Source: Felis catus
Lineage: Eukaryota
Reading direction: 5' to 3'
Assembly (NCBI RefSeq): GCF_018350175.1
Contig: NC_058368.1
Coordinates: forward strand, 197,596,001 to 197,660,000
Length of the DNA: 64,000 nt
This document shows positions 50,155 through 62,694 of the stretch, one piece after another. The notes under the pieces were generated by a model that was not told the origin of the DNA, made no database searches, and saw only the letters and a program-made list of their open reading frames with translations. A program made the position numbers and the translations under genes. Positions within the stretch are counted from its first letter, which is position 1. Each line of letters opens with the position of its first letter.

Positions 50155-50535
50155 TAGAGTCTGATGCCTCGCTGCCTGACAAAATAGTGGTATAAACACC
50201 TCCCGCCATATTATTATGCTTACAGGCTCTGGGGGTCAGGGAGTCAGGGGAGCTTGCTCCTGCGTCACAGTGTCTGGGACTTCGGATGGGAATACAAAAG
50301 CTTGAAGGGACTGGTAGCTGTGGCTGGATTCATGTCAAGGCTGGCTCCTGCCTCCGTCGGGAGGGTAACACTAGCCACTGTGCTGGGGTCACTGTGGGGC
50401 TGTTCGCAGGAACATCTCACCTAGCTTTTCCATGCAGTCTCCCTGCTTCCTCACAGCGTGACGATTGGGTTCCAAGAGGACCAGGCAGAAGACGGGACCC
50501 TTTTGAGGACCTAGCAAGTCACGCGGGGTCATATC
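50155..50535 (-). mobile_element. MaLR LTR fragment (MLT1F/H-like)
   Basis: GCTTCCTCACAGCGTGACGATTGGGTTCCAAGAG...GACCTAGCAAGTCAC. Confidence 0.65.
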
Positions 50536-51300
50536 CTCAGAAGGCCTGGCTGACCTGCCGCCAGCTTCTCTCTGACCTCGTCTCCTACACTCTGACCTCT
50601 GCTTTTTGAGCCCCAGGCACACCAGTCTCCTTTCTGTTCTCCACCACCTGGAGCTCCTTCTCGCTTGGGAGCCTTCAAACATGCTTCTGCCTGGAATATT
50701 CTTCCCTTCCTCGTATGGTTCCTCCCAAAGGGAGGAGCGGGAGCAGGATTATTTTCTGTTTTAAACTTCTTGGCCCTGTTTCTGCAAGCTGTCAGATGTG
50801 CACGGAGCAAAAGGCAGCCAAGCATGTATGTTGTGCCTTGTTCACACCCTCTGCCTGGGAGTCACTGACCCTGACAGTGGGGGTACCGGAATGTTAACAT
50901 TCCAAGTAATGGAACTTCCTTTATACCCTAAGTGAGAGTCACGGGCCCTGGCAGCCTTAGTGTCACCAGACGCTGGCCGTCTGCTTCTGATGTGACAGGT
51001 GACAAGGCTCAAGGGCAGTTCTTCTTTTCAGATAGGCCACTGCCACTGCCACTCCAATCCCCCCACCCCTGCAAATGACTGCCTCCTCATAGTAGGGACA
51101 GAGCGGTTTATTATAAAGAAGTGAAGTTATCTCTGAGGGACACCCGGGGCCAGAGAGCAGGCCAATTGAAGGGACTTTTCCTGGAACTAATATGAGTCTA
51201 CTATTTTAAACATATAAATCCTTCCCTCAAGTGGCAACCTCAATATTGACAATTACGTCTTCTCAAAAAAACAAAACAAAACAAACACTTTCTTATAATC

Positions 51301-51613
51301 CAGGGATTGGTGAACATCTTTTCCAAAGGTTGAGATAACAAATATTCAGGTTTTGCCAATCCTACGGTCTTTCGTTGCAATGAATGACTCAAATCTGCAT
51401 CAACAAATGGGTGCGGCCATGTTCCCATGAAACTATTTATGGACACTGAAATTTACATTTGGTACAATTTTCATAGGTCACAAACTACCTTTCCTCTTTT
51501 GATTTCTTTTACCCTTTGAAAAATAAAAAAACAGTCTTATCCCATAAACTGTACAAAAGTAAGCATCAGGGCCAGATTGGTCCCCTGGCCCTACAATTTA
51601 ACCCATGACTCTG
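51301..51613 (+). mobile_element. MER58B hAT-Charlie MITE
   Basis: CAGGG start; AAACTATTTATGGACACTGAAATTT; CCTCTTTTGATTT; GGGCCAGATTGG near the end. Confidence 0.82.
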
Positions 51614-51759
51614 GGATCTCAGTTCCCTGTAATTTACAGTTTGATCATCAGGTCAAGTAATTTTCCAGGGACAAACACTGGCAGTGTTTATCCAGTATCT
51701 ATACCTGTGCTGCACTCCTCTCTGCTTTGGTAACTATTACCCCTTCTTTAAATCTCAAC

Positions 51760-52538
51760 TAGCTACTTCTATTTTTAATTTTTTGAGGACACTCCAGGTT
51801 GTTTTCCATGATGTCTATGCCAAATTATAATCCCACCAACATGTGGAAGGGTTCCCTTTTCTCTGCGTCCTCTCCAACACTTGTTTCTTTTTTTTTTCAA
51901 TACACGAAATTTATTGTCAAATTGGTTTCCATACAACACCCAGTGCTCATCCCAAATCCAAGACTTGTTTCTTGTGTTGATTTTAGCCATTCTGACAGGT
52001 GGGAGGTGATATCTCATTGTGGTTTTGATTTGCATCTCCCTGACTGAGCATGTCTACATGTGTCTGCTGGCCATTCGTATGTCTTTTGGGGGGAATTTTC
52101 TATTCATTTCCTCTGCCCATTTTTAAATCAGGCTATTTGTTTTCTTGCTATTGAGTTGTTGGATTCCCCTATCCACTTCGGCTATCAATTCGTGTTCAGA
52201 TTTATAGTTTGCAATTACTTTCTCCAGTCTAGAAGTTGTCATTTCGTTTTGCTAGTGGTTTCCTTTTCTTTGTGGAAGCTTTTTAGTTTGATGTAGTCCA
52301 CGTGTTTATTTTTTGCCTGTGTTTTCGGAGTCGTAGCCAAAAAAAACAAAAACAAAAACCAAAAAAAAACAAAAAAAAACAAAAAAAAACCAAAACCATT
52401 GCCTGGAACAAGACCAGAAATGTTTTCTTCTAGTTTTATGATTTCAGGTATTGCATTTAAGACTTCAATCCATTTTGAGTTGATTTTTGTGTTTTGTGAG
52501 TGTATAAGGGTCCAACTTCTTTCTTTCGTATGTGGCTA
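51760..52538 (-). mobile_element. L1 ORF2 C-terminal segment (inverted part of a twin-primed L1)
   Basis: Antisense translation [20 protein letters not shown] is the L1 ORF2 C-terminal region. Confidence 0.9.
51890..51956 (-). mobile_element. 67-bp feline L1 3' stub nested in L1
   Basis: Minus strand TTGGGATGAGCACTGGGTGTTGTATGGAAACCAATTTGACAATAAA plus A-tail; 17-bp TSD TCCAA(C/G)ACTTGTTTCTT. Confidence 0.9.
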
Positions 52539-52544
52539 TGTTTT

Positions 52545-52897
52545 AACCATAAAAGAAAAAAAAAAAGGAAATCTTGCCATTTGTAACAACATGGATGGAG
52601 CTGGAGAATATTATGCTAAGCAAAATAAGCCAGACACAGAAAGCCAAATGCTGTATAATTTCATTTACATGCGGAATCTAGAATAATCAAACTCCTAGAA
52701 GCACGGGATAGAATGGTGGTAGTTCAGGGATGGTGTAAGGGGGAGAAACGCAGAGGCGATAGTTAGAGGGTACAAAGTTTTATTTATGCAAGATAAACAA
52801 GTTTTAGAGACCTACTATGCGACATCGTGCCTACAGCTAACAATGTAGTGTACTATATATTTAAAATTTGCTAAGAGCACAGATACTATGTCAAGTG

Positions 52898-52944
<47 letters not shown>

Positions 52945-53135
52945 TAATAACAACAATAATAATAATAAAGAGAGAAGGAGGAAACTTTGGGAGGTGATGG
53001 ACATGTCTATTATCTAAATGGTGGTGATTGTCTCACAGATACAGGTTTATCACCAAATTCGTTGAGTTATACATATTAAATACGCATAGCTTTTTACATG
53101 TCAATCATACCTCAATACGGTGGTTTCTAAAAAAG
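52545..53135 (+). mobile_element. L1MA9/L1MB-like 3' UTR
   Basis: GGAAATCTTGCCATTTGTAACAACATGGATGG...GGAAACTTTGGGAGGTGATGG...TCAATCATACCTCAATA. Confidence 0.9.
52903..52942. repeat. (AC)20 microsatellite
   Basis: Perfect run inside the L1 3' UTR. Confidence 0.99.
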
Positions 53136-53224
53136 CTCAGTTTGAATTTCAATCATTACAAAAGCCCTTTAAGAACCTTAATTGGAATTAAAGGACGCTT
53201 TCTCATAAGTTCCTGTGTTTCTTG

Positions 53225-53410
53225 GCACTTATAAGTTGTGTTTATGTCTTTCTTTGTATGATCATGTAATTACCATCCACCTCTCTGACAAGACTGTAAA
53301 CATCAAGAGATCAGCAACCAAATCTGTGTCATTATCCATTGTATCCTAAGCTCTAGCAAAGTGCTTGACACCTAGCAGGGACTCCGTAAATATTTGATGA
53401 AGGAATGAAA
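53225..53410 (+). mobile_element. L2 3' end
   Basis: AGACTGTAAAC...CTAGCAAAGTGCTTGACACCTAGCAGG...TAAATATTTGATGAAGGAATGAA. Confidence 0.8.
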
Positions 53411-53547
53411 TCTAGTTTCCTTTTGTCTATTTCTGCTCCTGCTCTGAAGAAAAGGAGAGCCCCTTAAAAAATGGCACTTACAGCAATCAGTTAACTGTGG
53501 AGTCTATAGGATAACTTCTTGCTTGGGTTTTCAAGTGGAGGCAGCTA

Positions 53548-53750
53548 GGGGCGCCTGGGTGGCTCGGTTGGCTAAGTGTCTGACTCTTGGCTTCAGATCA
53601 GGTCATGACCTCACGGTTTGTGAGTTCGAGCCCCGCGTCAGGCTCCCCGTTGATGTGCAGAGCCTTCTTGGGATTCTGTCTCCTTCCCTCTCCGTCCCTC
53701 TCCCACTCGTGCTGTCTGTCTCTTTCAAAATAAAGAAATAAACTTAAAAA
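53548..53750 (+). mobile_element. Can-SINE
   Basis: TSD TGGAGGCAGCTA. Confidence 0.96.
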
Positions 53751-56047
53751 CTGGAGGCAGCTAAATCTGAACTCCAAACTCAAATGTGGAGAAGAGTTGC
53801 AACAGACCATTCCTTCCACGTTCTGAAAGCTTCACCTTTAGACATCCAACTTTTCTTGCTCAGAGTTCCCTATTCCGTGTGATTTACTGCAATTGTAGTT
53901 ATGCATTTATTTTGGGTAATCATTTGATTACTGTCTGTCTTCAGTCATGGAGGCACTATGTACACTCTGCTAAAAATTGTCAAAATAAGGAGACTTTCAA
54001 GACAAACACAGAACTAGGAAATTGCATTAGATAAGACAAATGAGTCCACTAGGCACATTTATCTGGAGCATAGTTTTGGGCCAGCATTATTTTTCAGGTC
54101 TTAATTTTGCCTCGTTCTTGCACTGTCAGATTAATGCAATGGTATCTGATGCTCCGACAGGGATTTAGGATACATTTAACATATTGTTTAAGGGTAATGC
54201 TAGAGCAAGGCTGAGAATTTATCATTCGTTCAACAAATACTTATTGAGAAACGCAAGATCAGAAAAACACGGTCCTGGCCTTAAAGAAGCACAGTGCGGA
54301 AGATGCATGCCAACTTCCCTTGCCCATTCCTACCGCATCCTTGGTTTGCTCTTGCTTCTGCAAATTAGCATTCAGTTTAGGTCAACTCTGGATTAATCCA
54401 AGGTGCCCGTGACCAACAAGGAAGTTTGCACTGGTGTCTGGCCTTTCTTTGTGCCTGAGAGGTTAGCGTGAGTGGGGGGGGATGTCAGGGTCTGCGATTC
54501 CCCCACAGCCTGAGGCTCCCCTCTCTCTGTCCCTGTGTGGAATGAGATCTGACGGCAGCTCCACGGAGGAACCCCCTGCCAGCGAGGGAAGGAAGTCTGA
54601 AGGGCACCGGACGGCAGGTCAGAAACCTTGGTTTCATCTCGGCTCAGTCGCAAACTCACCAACACGGCCTTAGGCAAATTACTTTTCTCCCTCTGTACCT
54701 TCGTGTCCTATAAGGAAAAGAAAATGAAAAATTGGGTAAGGATGTTTAAGGTCTTTTTCAGGCTCGAGTTCTCACTTTCTACCCATCACTGTGTGTCCGT
54801 AGTGGAGAAACCACAACAAACACTGAGATCTGTGGTTTTTGGTTTAATAACCAGCTGGTTTTGTTAAACTTAAATGTTTCATATTTAAAAAAACAAAACA
54901 AAACAAAACAAAAAACCCAACTTCAACCCCTGTATCAGTTGCCTGGCTGAAAACAGATGAAGATTACCAGGCTCTAAGGTGTGAAATCTTTCAGCAAGGG
55001 GAAGGCTTCCCCTCGGTTTTGAGGATGCTTTTGTGGGGGACTCCTTTTGGATGAGACCCAGTCTGACAACAGGCGGAGGGAAAGGGCTTTGATAGCTCAG
55101 AATAGTTAACATTTATGGCGCATCTGTTAGATGGCAGGCAATGTCCTAATTGCTTTGCACGTATTACCCCATTTAATCCTCTCTGCAACAGGATGTCATT
55201 CAAACAAAAAAATTAAAAGAATTCTCTTCCAAAAGGCCAGCAAGGAGCAGGATGCTTAGCATCAGGATGAAAGTGTTAAGGGAGCAATTAAGAATGCATT
55301 TTTATGAGCGCATAGCTCTGCAGCGAAATGCTGGTGTTTATGTCATTCACCAAAGACTTTCTAAGCAGCCTTCCTGGTCCCTAGGAAAGCCACTAACTAT
55401 TATTCCCTGCCTGTCACTGCAGCCTGAATCCCATGGTTGATTACAAAAGATAATGGAGAGGAAGGAGGTGGGCCTGTAAAAGAGAGAAAGGCCTGAACAG
55501 GTAGGTAGAAAGAGATTTGTGTGTGGTCTAGATTTATTAGCCCAGGGGATGGTGCGTATAGTTGTAAGACGGTGAGCGGCTTGGAAGGGTGAGTTCAGGA
55601 AAATTAATGGAAGGATTTTATTCCGTGATGAAGACACTGTTTTTGTTTGCAAGGGACTCAGGAGCCAGATTATGAGTGGTTGAAAGTGCCAACTCTAAGC
55701 CAATGCAGGAAGTGCCAGAGACAACAAAGCAGGGGAGGTAGGACTCACCTGAGGGAGAAGGAGGTCGCTTCAGGGTGAGGAAGGGAGCAGGCGGGGGAGG
55801 GAGACAGGGACACAGAGGGAGCATCCACACTCCCTTTAGCTGTTCTACTCTGGGCTTTCACCGTTTCCTCAAGATCAATGCTTCTCATCTCAAAAACAAA
55901 CAAACAAACAAAGTTCGTTCCCATTTTATTATAAACACTGACTTTGTCCTAGAATAAAATGGACCTGAGCTTGTTTTAATTCTACCGTAGAATCAAAATA
56001 GCTTCCCTCCAGTTTTCTCCACCCCATTAAAAAGCAGAACCCAATTG

Positions 56048-56270
56048 GGGGCACCTGGGTGGCTCCGTGGGTTAAGCCTCTGACTTTGGCTCCGGGCATG
56101 ATCTCGAGGTCTGTGAGTTCGAGCCCTGCGTTGGGCTCTGTGCCGACAGCTCGGAGCCTGGAGTCTGCTTTGGATTCTGTGTCTCCCTCTCTCTCTGTTC
56201 CCCCCCCCCCACTCCTGCTCTTGCTCTCTTTCTCTCTCTCAAAAATAAATAAACATTAAAAAAAAAAAAA
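56048..56270 (+). mobile_element. Can-SINE
   Basis: Full body and A-tail. Confidence 0.96.
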
Positions 56271-56276
56271 AAAGCA

Positions 56277-56502
56277 GGGGCGCCTGCATGGCTGAGTCGT
56301 TTGAGCGTCCGACTTCAGCTCAGGTCATGATCTCATAGTCCGTGAGTTCGAGCCCCACATCGGGCTCTGTGCTGACAGCTCAGAGCCTGGAGCCTGCTTC
56401 AGATTCTGTGTCTCCCCCTCTCTGCCCCTTTCCTGCTCATGCTCTGTCTCTCTCTGTCTCTCAAAAATGAATAAGCATTACATTTTTTTTTTTAATTAAA
56501 AG
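56277..56502 (+). mobile_element. Can-SINE, tandem to the previous copy
   Basis: Full body; the pair is bracketed by AAAGCAGAACCCA(A/G)TTG. Confidence 0.96.
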
Positions 56503-56564
56503 CAAAGCAGAACCCAGTTGTTCACAGCTGCCTATCCTTGATTCTTTCCCTGACTTCCCACAAA

Positions 56565-57060
56565 ACAAAATGTATTGAGTCCTTACCACGTGTAGACTTT
56601 GTTCCATACTGTGGTGAATCTCATGGGAGCTCCATGCCGTTCTAGCATAAGGGGGTCAGATAATGAACAAAATAAAAAATGAAATGACACAACATGATAG
56701 AAGGTGGAAAGTGCCAAGAGACGCAATAAGGCAGGAAGGGTAATAAGGGAAGCTGCAGGTGGCAGGGGGCATGCAATTTTAAAGAATATGGTCATGGAGG
56801 GCTTTGTTGAGACGGTTGAGCAAAGAGAAGAAAAGCTGAGAGGGTGAACTGTGAGGACGTCCGAACATCCTGGGGGAAATCATTTCAGGCAGAAGAGCCG
56901 AATGCATGGCTTGTGTTTTCAAGGAACAGCAAAGAGGTCAGCGTGGACGAGCAGGACACGAGAACAGAGCTGTGGGGGAAGGGGCAGACTCCGCAAGAGC
57001 TTTGCTGACACTCCGAGGGATAAGAAGAGCCATCAAAGGGTTTTGAGCAGAGAAAGGACA
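56565..57060 (-). mobile_element. L2 fragment
   Basis: AAAATGTATTGAG...CATTTCAGGCAGAAG...AAGGAACAGCAAAGAGGTCAG...GGGTTTTGAGCAGAG. Confidence 0.75.
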
Positions 57061-57154
57061 CAAGAAGTCTTGAAGTGCCTACTTGCAAGATATTCATCAA
57101 GGGCATCCAACTTCTTCCTGTCTCACTTCCATCATCCTTGTCTGAAACACCACC

Positions 57155-57346
57155 GGGGCGCGTGGGTGGCTCAGTCGGTTAAGGGTCCAGCTCTTGGTTT
57201 CGGCTCAGGTCATGACCTCATGGTTCGTGGGTTCGAGCCCCGCATCCGGCTCCGTGCTGTCAGTGCAGGGCCTGTAGGATTCTCTCTGGCCCTCCCCTGC
57301 TTGTACTGCCTCTCAAAATAAATATAAACATTAAAAAAAAAAATTA
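57155..57346 (+). mobile_element. Can-SINE
   Basis: GGGGCGCGTGGGTGGCTCAG head; TSD AAACACCA. Confidence 0.95.
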
Positions 57347-57349
57347 AAA

Positions 57350-57848
57350 CACCAGCATTTCTTGCGAACTTCTGGGAACCCTCAGACCTGGCTTCCACAG
57401 TTTTGTACTTACCCTCTCAAAACTGTTCTGTAGGCAGCAACCACAATGATCAATAAAACGTATTACCAACACGCCCTTGCTTAGGCTTTGATGACTTCTC
57501 GTTGCGCTTTGAGCAAAACCTAAATTCCTCTCAACCTGTCCAACTCTGCTACAGCCACACAAGCCTTCTCTCCATCCCTCAAACCCCCAACTCTCTCTGC
57601 CTCAGGCTCTTTGCACCTGCTCATCCCAACTGTCCCTCCATTACTCTCCATCGGAGTACCTTGTTCGTTCCTGAAGGTCACCTGCACAGTTGGTGAGGCT
57701 GTATTTATTCGTTTGCTTAGTTTTTAAGTCATCTGTTTCTTCTGCTAGACTGTGAACTCTGTGAGGGAAGGACTCCTCTGCGTCTCTCAGTCATGGTCGT
57801 CTGGCATGTTGCTGTTGGCACTCGGTGAGAAATGACTGAGTGAATAAA
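57350..57848 (+). mobile_element. L2 3' fragment
   Basis: CTAGACTGTGAACTCTGTGAGGGAAGGAC...TGAGTGAATAAA. Confidence 0.7.
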
Positions 57849-57900
57849 AGGAAGGGAGAGGGTCATAGACACATCCAGACTGTGGAATGACACGTATTCA

Positions 57901-58265
57901 TTTCTTAGTCAGTCCGGGCTGCTGTGACAGAATACTATAGACTAGTATTCTTCAACAGCAACCATTGGTTTCTCACGATTCTGGAGGCTGGGGCATCCAA
58001 GGTCAAGGTGCTGGCAGATCTGGTATCTGGTGAGCGTCTTCTTCCTAGGTTTCAGACTACCATCTTCTCATCGATCCTCATGCTGCTGAAAGAGAAATCA
58101 TCTTTCTCGTGTCTTCTTATAAGGCCGCAAGTCCCCTTCATAACGGCTTCACCCTCACGACCTAACTATCTCCCCAAAGGCCCCGTTTCCCGATACCATC
58201 ACATCGGGGGTTAGGATTTCCACATGTGCATGTTAGGGGGGCCATGAACATTCAGTCCGTAATGA
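57901..58265 (-). mobile_element. MaLR LTR (MLT1A0-like)
   Basis: TTCTGGAGGCTGGGGCATCCAAGGTCAAGGTGCTGGCAGATCTGGTATCTGGTGAG; AACATTCAGTCCGTAA. Confidence 0.9.
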
Positions 58266-59689
58266 TATACACATGAATTGTACTATTAGGACAGAGGAAG
58301 TAGGCTTTGTGAGCAACAAAAGAGCCATCGTTTTATAAACTGTGCTAAACATTCTCCTAAAGGGAAGAAAGGGCAGCAGGTGTAATGTGAATACTTGAAG
58401 AAGTGACATCCTTTTACTTTGTCAAATGATATTTTTAGTGTATTCATTTCTCCTCTAATTGCTGCTGCATTTATTTCAGTTTCCATGGGAACCTAGAGAG
58501 GGACTTCCCTATTTTCCCCTCCTCTTTGGGCTTCAGCAAAGAAAAATGGACCAGGAGGGAGTTTTCAAGAGCTGCTCCAAAATTCCTGGTTCATCAGGTG
58601 GCTGAGGGTGACACACCCTTGTTGGGACTTGCTCAGGACCAGAGGCTGTGCCAGGCAGTGAGGGAAAGGAGGAGTACGAGATCTAGTGCTTACCAGGGAT
58701 GAATCCTTTCAATACGGTGTGGTGGGTGATGTGATACTTTTGTGCAAGGGGCTTTGTGTTGAAAGAGAGAGGTCAAGGAAGCTTTCGGAGAGACAATGCC
58801 TAAATTGTGTTCGAAAATTGTCCTGGAGTTAGCCCACCAAAGGATGAGAGGAAAGAGTGGGAGGAAATCTCTCATCAATGGCCAATTATTTTCCTGGTTC
58901 AATTCGAAAGCATGAAGAATGGTTGGAATGCACGAGGAAAAGATGAGAAAGACATTAAAACCCCAGGAAAGTAAAAACGACAGTCTTCCCATCACTGATG
59001 TCCACGTACAAAGGATGGGCGTGGGACTAGGCAAAGACAATTCCGAACTACCTAAGAAAAGGAAATTCCTAAACATTTGTGGTCTTGGGTTTTCCCAGGT
59101 GAAAGGGGTCAAATTGCCACCGTTGGGATATATTCAATCATCTCGGATGAGACCCTACCTTAGAGTATGCATGGCATCAGAGCAGGTGTATCAATCTGAA
59201 AAGGCGTAAGCCTGACCACGGGATGGTTAGATTGTAACCAATAGGAGTGCTGAGAATGCCTCTGCCCACCTGGTTGGTCTAGGACTGGTGTTTCATCAAA
59301 ACAGGACCAGCCGTCTACAGCCATCCAAAAATAAACCAAATCCTTTGTAGATGTGTCTCAACAGCATGAACGAGAAACGTAATCCCTAGCGACCTTCAAA
59401 TTCCCTCTTTTCTTGCTTTCTCCCCGCCACTTCTCAAACTGCAGGTGCCCCCCGCCCCGACCTCTCTCTGCCTAAATCTTTATGTGCTTTTTGTTACCCT
59501 CACCCATGTCATTTCCTCTTGATCCTGTACCCTGTGATCCTGAGAATGATAACGTTGACCTCTCTTCCAGGGAGAGGACCCTCAAGAGCTTGAAATTTTC
59601 ATTTTGTCATACGCTCATTAATAGGATCTGCAAACATTCAATTCCACTATAGACGCAGAATCCTAAAATGTGTGAAGGAAAGCGGGGAT

Positions 59690-59760
59690 CTTAGTACAGT
59701 GCTCTTACTTTACAGATGACAGTTCTGAGGTTCATAGAGTGGAGGCTGGAGAAGCTCTCG
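59690..59760 (-). mobile_element. MIR core fragment
   Basis: TTTTACAGATGACAGTTCTGAGGTTCA. Confidence 0.5.
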
Positions 59761-60651
59761 GGGCCAGAAACCCTGAGACGGTTGAGACCATGTGTTCATA
59801 TTTTAATAGCTAAACTCCCTTGAGTGAGGCTCAAAACTTAGATTCCTTCCACTAAATTCCCATCCCCAGAAGATTCTATTGTGGCTCAGTGGGATCACAG
59901 TGCTACCTTAAAGATTCTCCTCATGAAGCCAGAATACGGTTTTTCTCATTTCTATTTTTATGTTTGAATATGGTAACAACATTTCAAAACAATTGCCTTC
60001 CTGGATGGCATTTGTATTAATTTTTTCCCCCAGCTACCCAGAATAATTAAATGCATAACATAAAGCAAGACGTATAGAATCACCCAGATGCTTATTCTTG
60101 GTGATGATCTGCCAAATTAAAAACGTGCCTTGAGCAAAGTAAAGTCTGCGGGGAGAGAGTTTAGAACAAACAACAATAATAACAAGGCCCTGGCAGTGAG
60201 GCTAGAGGCTTGAGTGTCCCTCCTCACTCAAGCCGGCGACACTCCTGTGAGTGAGGTACCTCGACGTTTTCATTTTGCAGGTGAGTGAAGATTTGGAGAG
60301 GTTCGGTTCCAGGGCAGATGGTAGAACCAGCATCAGAGCTCAGGTCCGGGATAATTCAGGTCTGAGCTCTTCATCTTGCCACGTTACTCATCAAAAGACT
60401 AAATACATCGATTCAAAGGTGGAACCGTTTTACATGCTCATTCTCGCTATCTAGACGTCACGGATGGATGCAACGAGAAGAAGCAGCTGCCACTGCAGAG
60501 CAGCCCCGCAGAGGATTTAATTTCAGTGGACTCCTTCCTATGGGCTGTGAGAAAGCTCATTCGGCAGGCCGGCTGGGATAGATCAGCCGAAGTATCACAG
60601 GGGACAGTTCCGATACTTTAACAATTCCTGCCCTGCAAGTCTAGCAGCCGT

Positions 60652-60824
60652 CACAGAGCGCAAGTGGGGGAGGGGCAGAGAGAGAGGGAGACACAAAATC
60701 CAAAGCAGGTTCCAGGCTCTGAGCTGTCATCACAGACCTCGACTCGAGGCTTGAACCCAGGCACTGTGAGATCAGGACCTGAGCCGAAGTCGGATGCTTA
60801 ACCGACTGAACCACCCAGGCACCC
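60652..60824 (-). mobile_element. Can-SINE lacking its tail
   Basis: SINE body, ends CCACCCAGGCACCC. Confidence 0.92.
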
Positions 60825-60908
60825 TTCTTTTTGGATTCTTGGGTCAATAGCTAAGTCAGTCTTTCCTTATCAGGTCTCATGGCCCCTCTGGTCAAACACG
60901 GACAAGTA

Positions 60909-60909
<1 letters not shown>

Positions 60910-60951
<42 letters not shown>
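60910..60951. repeat. (AC)21 microsatellite
   Basis: Perfect run. Confidence 0.99.
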
Positions 60952-60952
<1 letters not shown>

Positions 60953-61509
60953 ATGATCTTCCTCTTTTGCTTCACAATTCATTGTCAGTGGCTCTCTGGT
61001 TCAAGTACTAACATAAAACTATGTTTACATACGTTTAATGATTATTACCATTTTGCTTGTTCATTAACTTTTAATTATTGTTATGATAAATAATAACAAT
61101 AACCATTAAGTCACCGGGCTTTAGTCAGGATCCTAAGCATTGCGTAGTTTCTCTTGCTCTCTTATAAGCCCATGGGAAAATCCATGTAATCATAGCAATC
61201 ATTCATTTAAGGGAATGTATTTTCCTATAAGTCCTTTGTGGATATACTGGCTTAAGCCAGCGGATGGTCCCCTAGGAAAAGCTGCAGGCTTGGTGGTGGC
61301 CATCCATGCTCATGGTATTAAAGGTCTTTCATTTCCATTTTCAGCCCAGTTTCTCACCCAAGGTCTCGATGCTTACCTTTTAAGTGCTTTGGAGACATTA
61401 CTCTTTCCATGGCCTTCAGTCAAAGCAAATGAAGTTTAAAACTAAACTCATTGTTATTCTAGGACTATGCGCCACATGGCTACACTGGTCAACGTGTGTC
61501 AACATGGTC

Positions 61510-61807
61510 AACACTGGCTCGACATGGCGGTCAACAGCTACACTGAGTACACGAAATGCAGCCAGTTTGAATTGATGTATACTATAAGTATAACACTTGA
61601 ACTTTGAAGAGTGAGTACAAGAGAGAAAAATAGCTCATTAATGATTTTTATATTGATTCCACGCTAGAATGAGAACATGTTGTATGCAATAATTAAATAA
61701 AACATATGATTAACATGGATTTCACCTGTTTTTAATTTTTAAAATGTGGCTCTTAGAAAATTTAAAATTACGTACGTGACTTGGCTATTTCTATTGGACG
61801 GTTCTGT
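61510..61807 (-). mobile_element. MER33 hAT-Charlie MITE
   Basis: TTTCACCTGTTT...AAATGTGGCTCTTAGAAAATTTAAAATTAC...ATTTCTATTGGAC matches the reverse complement of MER33. Confidence 0.85.
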
Positions 61808-61873
61808 GCTGAAAGATCAAACCTGGGAGAGACTGTGTAATTTTCTTCCTTCTTTCATGAGCGAAGAGTGAGG

Positions 61874-62045
61874 ATAATAGCTCATTATTGAGTCAGTTTT
61901 GCATACCTGATAACGGGGCCTGGCACTTACATGTGTTATCTCATCCAGTCTTTACTGCAATCCTACGCATTAGGTAAAATGGGTTATGCCCATTTTTGAG
62001 ATGAAGCCTGTGCAGAGAAAATAGCTTGTCCAGGGTCATATAGCT
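61874..62045 (-). mobile_element. MIR
   Basis: ATAATAGCTCATTATTGAG...CCCATTTTTGAGATGAAG...CTTGTCCAGGGTCATATAGCT. Confidence 0.75.
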
Positions 62046-62070
62046 TATGATTTGGATGCTCTGCATTGCT

Positions 62071-62283
62071 TTTTTTTTTTCAACGTTTATTTATTTTTGC
62101 GACAGAGAGAGACAGAGCATGAACGGGGGAGGGGCAGAGAGAGAGGGAGACACAGAATCGGAAGCAGGCTCCAGGCTCTGAGCCATCAGCCCAGAGCCCG
62201 ACGCGGGGCTCGAACTCACGGACCGCTAGATCGTGACCTGGCTGAAGTCGGACGCTTAACCGACTGCGCCACCCAGGCGCCCC
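62071..62283 (-). mobile_element. Young feline SINE (SINEC_Fc-type)
   Basis: 20-bp TSD TGGATGCTCTGCATTGCTTT; CpGs intact. Confidence 0.97.
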
Positions 62284-62694
62284 TGGATGCTCTGCATTGC
62301 TTTAATTCTTGTGAATGCTAAAATACACAAGTACTTCCCAAGATGTAGACGCCATGTATATATCTCCATGGCTGTCTCTCACTCAATGGTAGTACGATGG
62401 TAGCCATTGTACTTCTCCTCAACTATCTTTGCCTCCAATTTCTGATCTCATTTTCTCTTTGAAAAGAACATATACCTGATTTAAGAGAAAAAGTCATTCC
62501 CCCGGAGCAGGGACCTCTACAAGTACTTACTACACAATCTATTTCCTCAACTAAGTAAGGCAAAGGGGAGCGGCAAAACGGGAAGCTCCGTGATGGAAGG
62601 TGAGTTTCCATTGTGCTTAAAGCTGCATCTTGTCATGGCAACACAGATATGCGCACGTACGCTCACACACTGCAAATCCTTCTTTCCAGAATCT

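Noticed and set aside
55118..55140. CTCF-like CTGTTAGATGGCAG (also CTTCAGGGGGCAGC near 27785)
   Set aside because: Poor 5' half of the core, and both sit in old repeat-like sequence.
56565..57848. Oppositely oriented L2 fragments as a third inverted duplication
   Set aside because: No elevated arm-to-arm identity is visible; consistent with independent ancient insertions.
58919..59209. 96-aa ORF with a PKKRK NLS-like motif
   Set aside because: No recognisable family, and the length is within chance expectation.
62467..62599. Possible small exon (frame EHIPDLREKVIPPEQGPLQVLTTQSISST) with donors at 62554 and 62599
   Set aside because: Weak acceptor, no recognisable homology and no partner exons; such signals are expected by chance in 64 kb.
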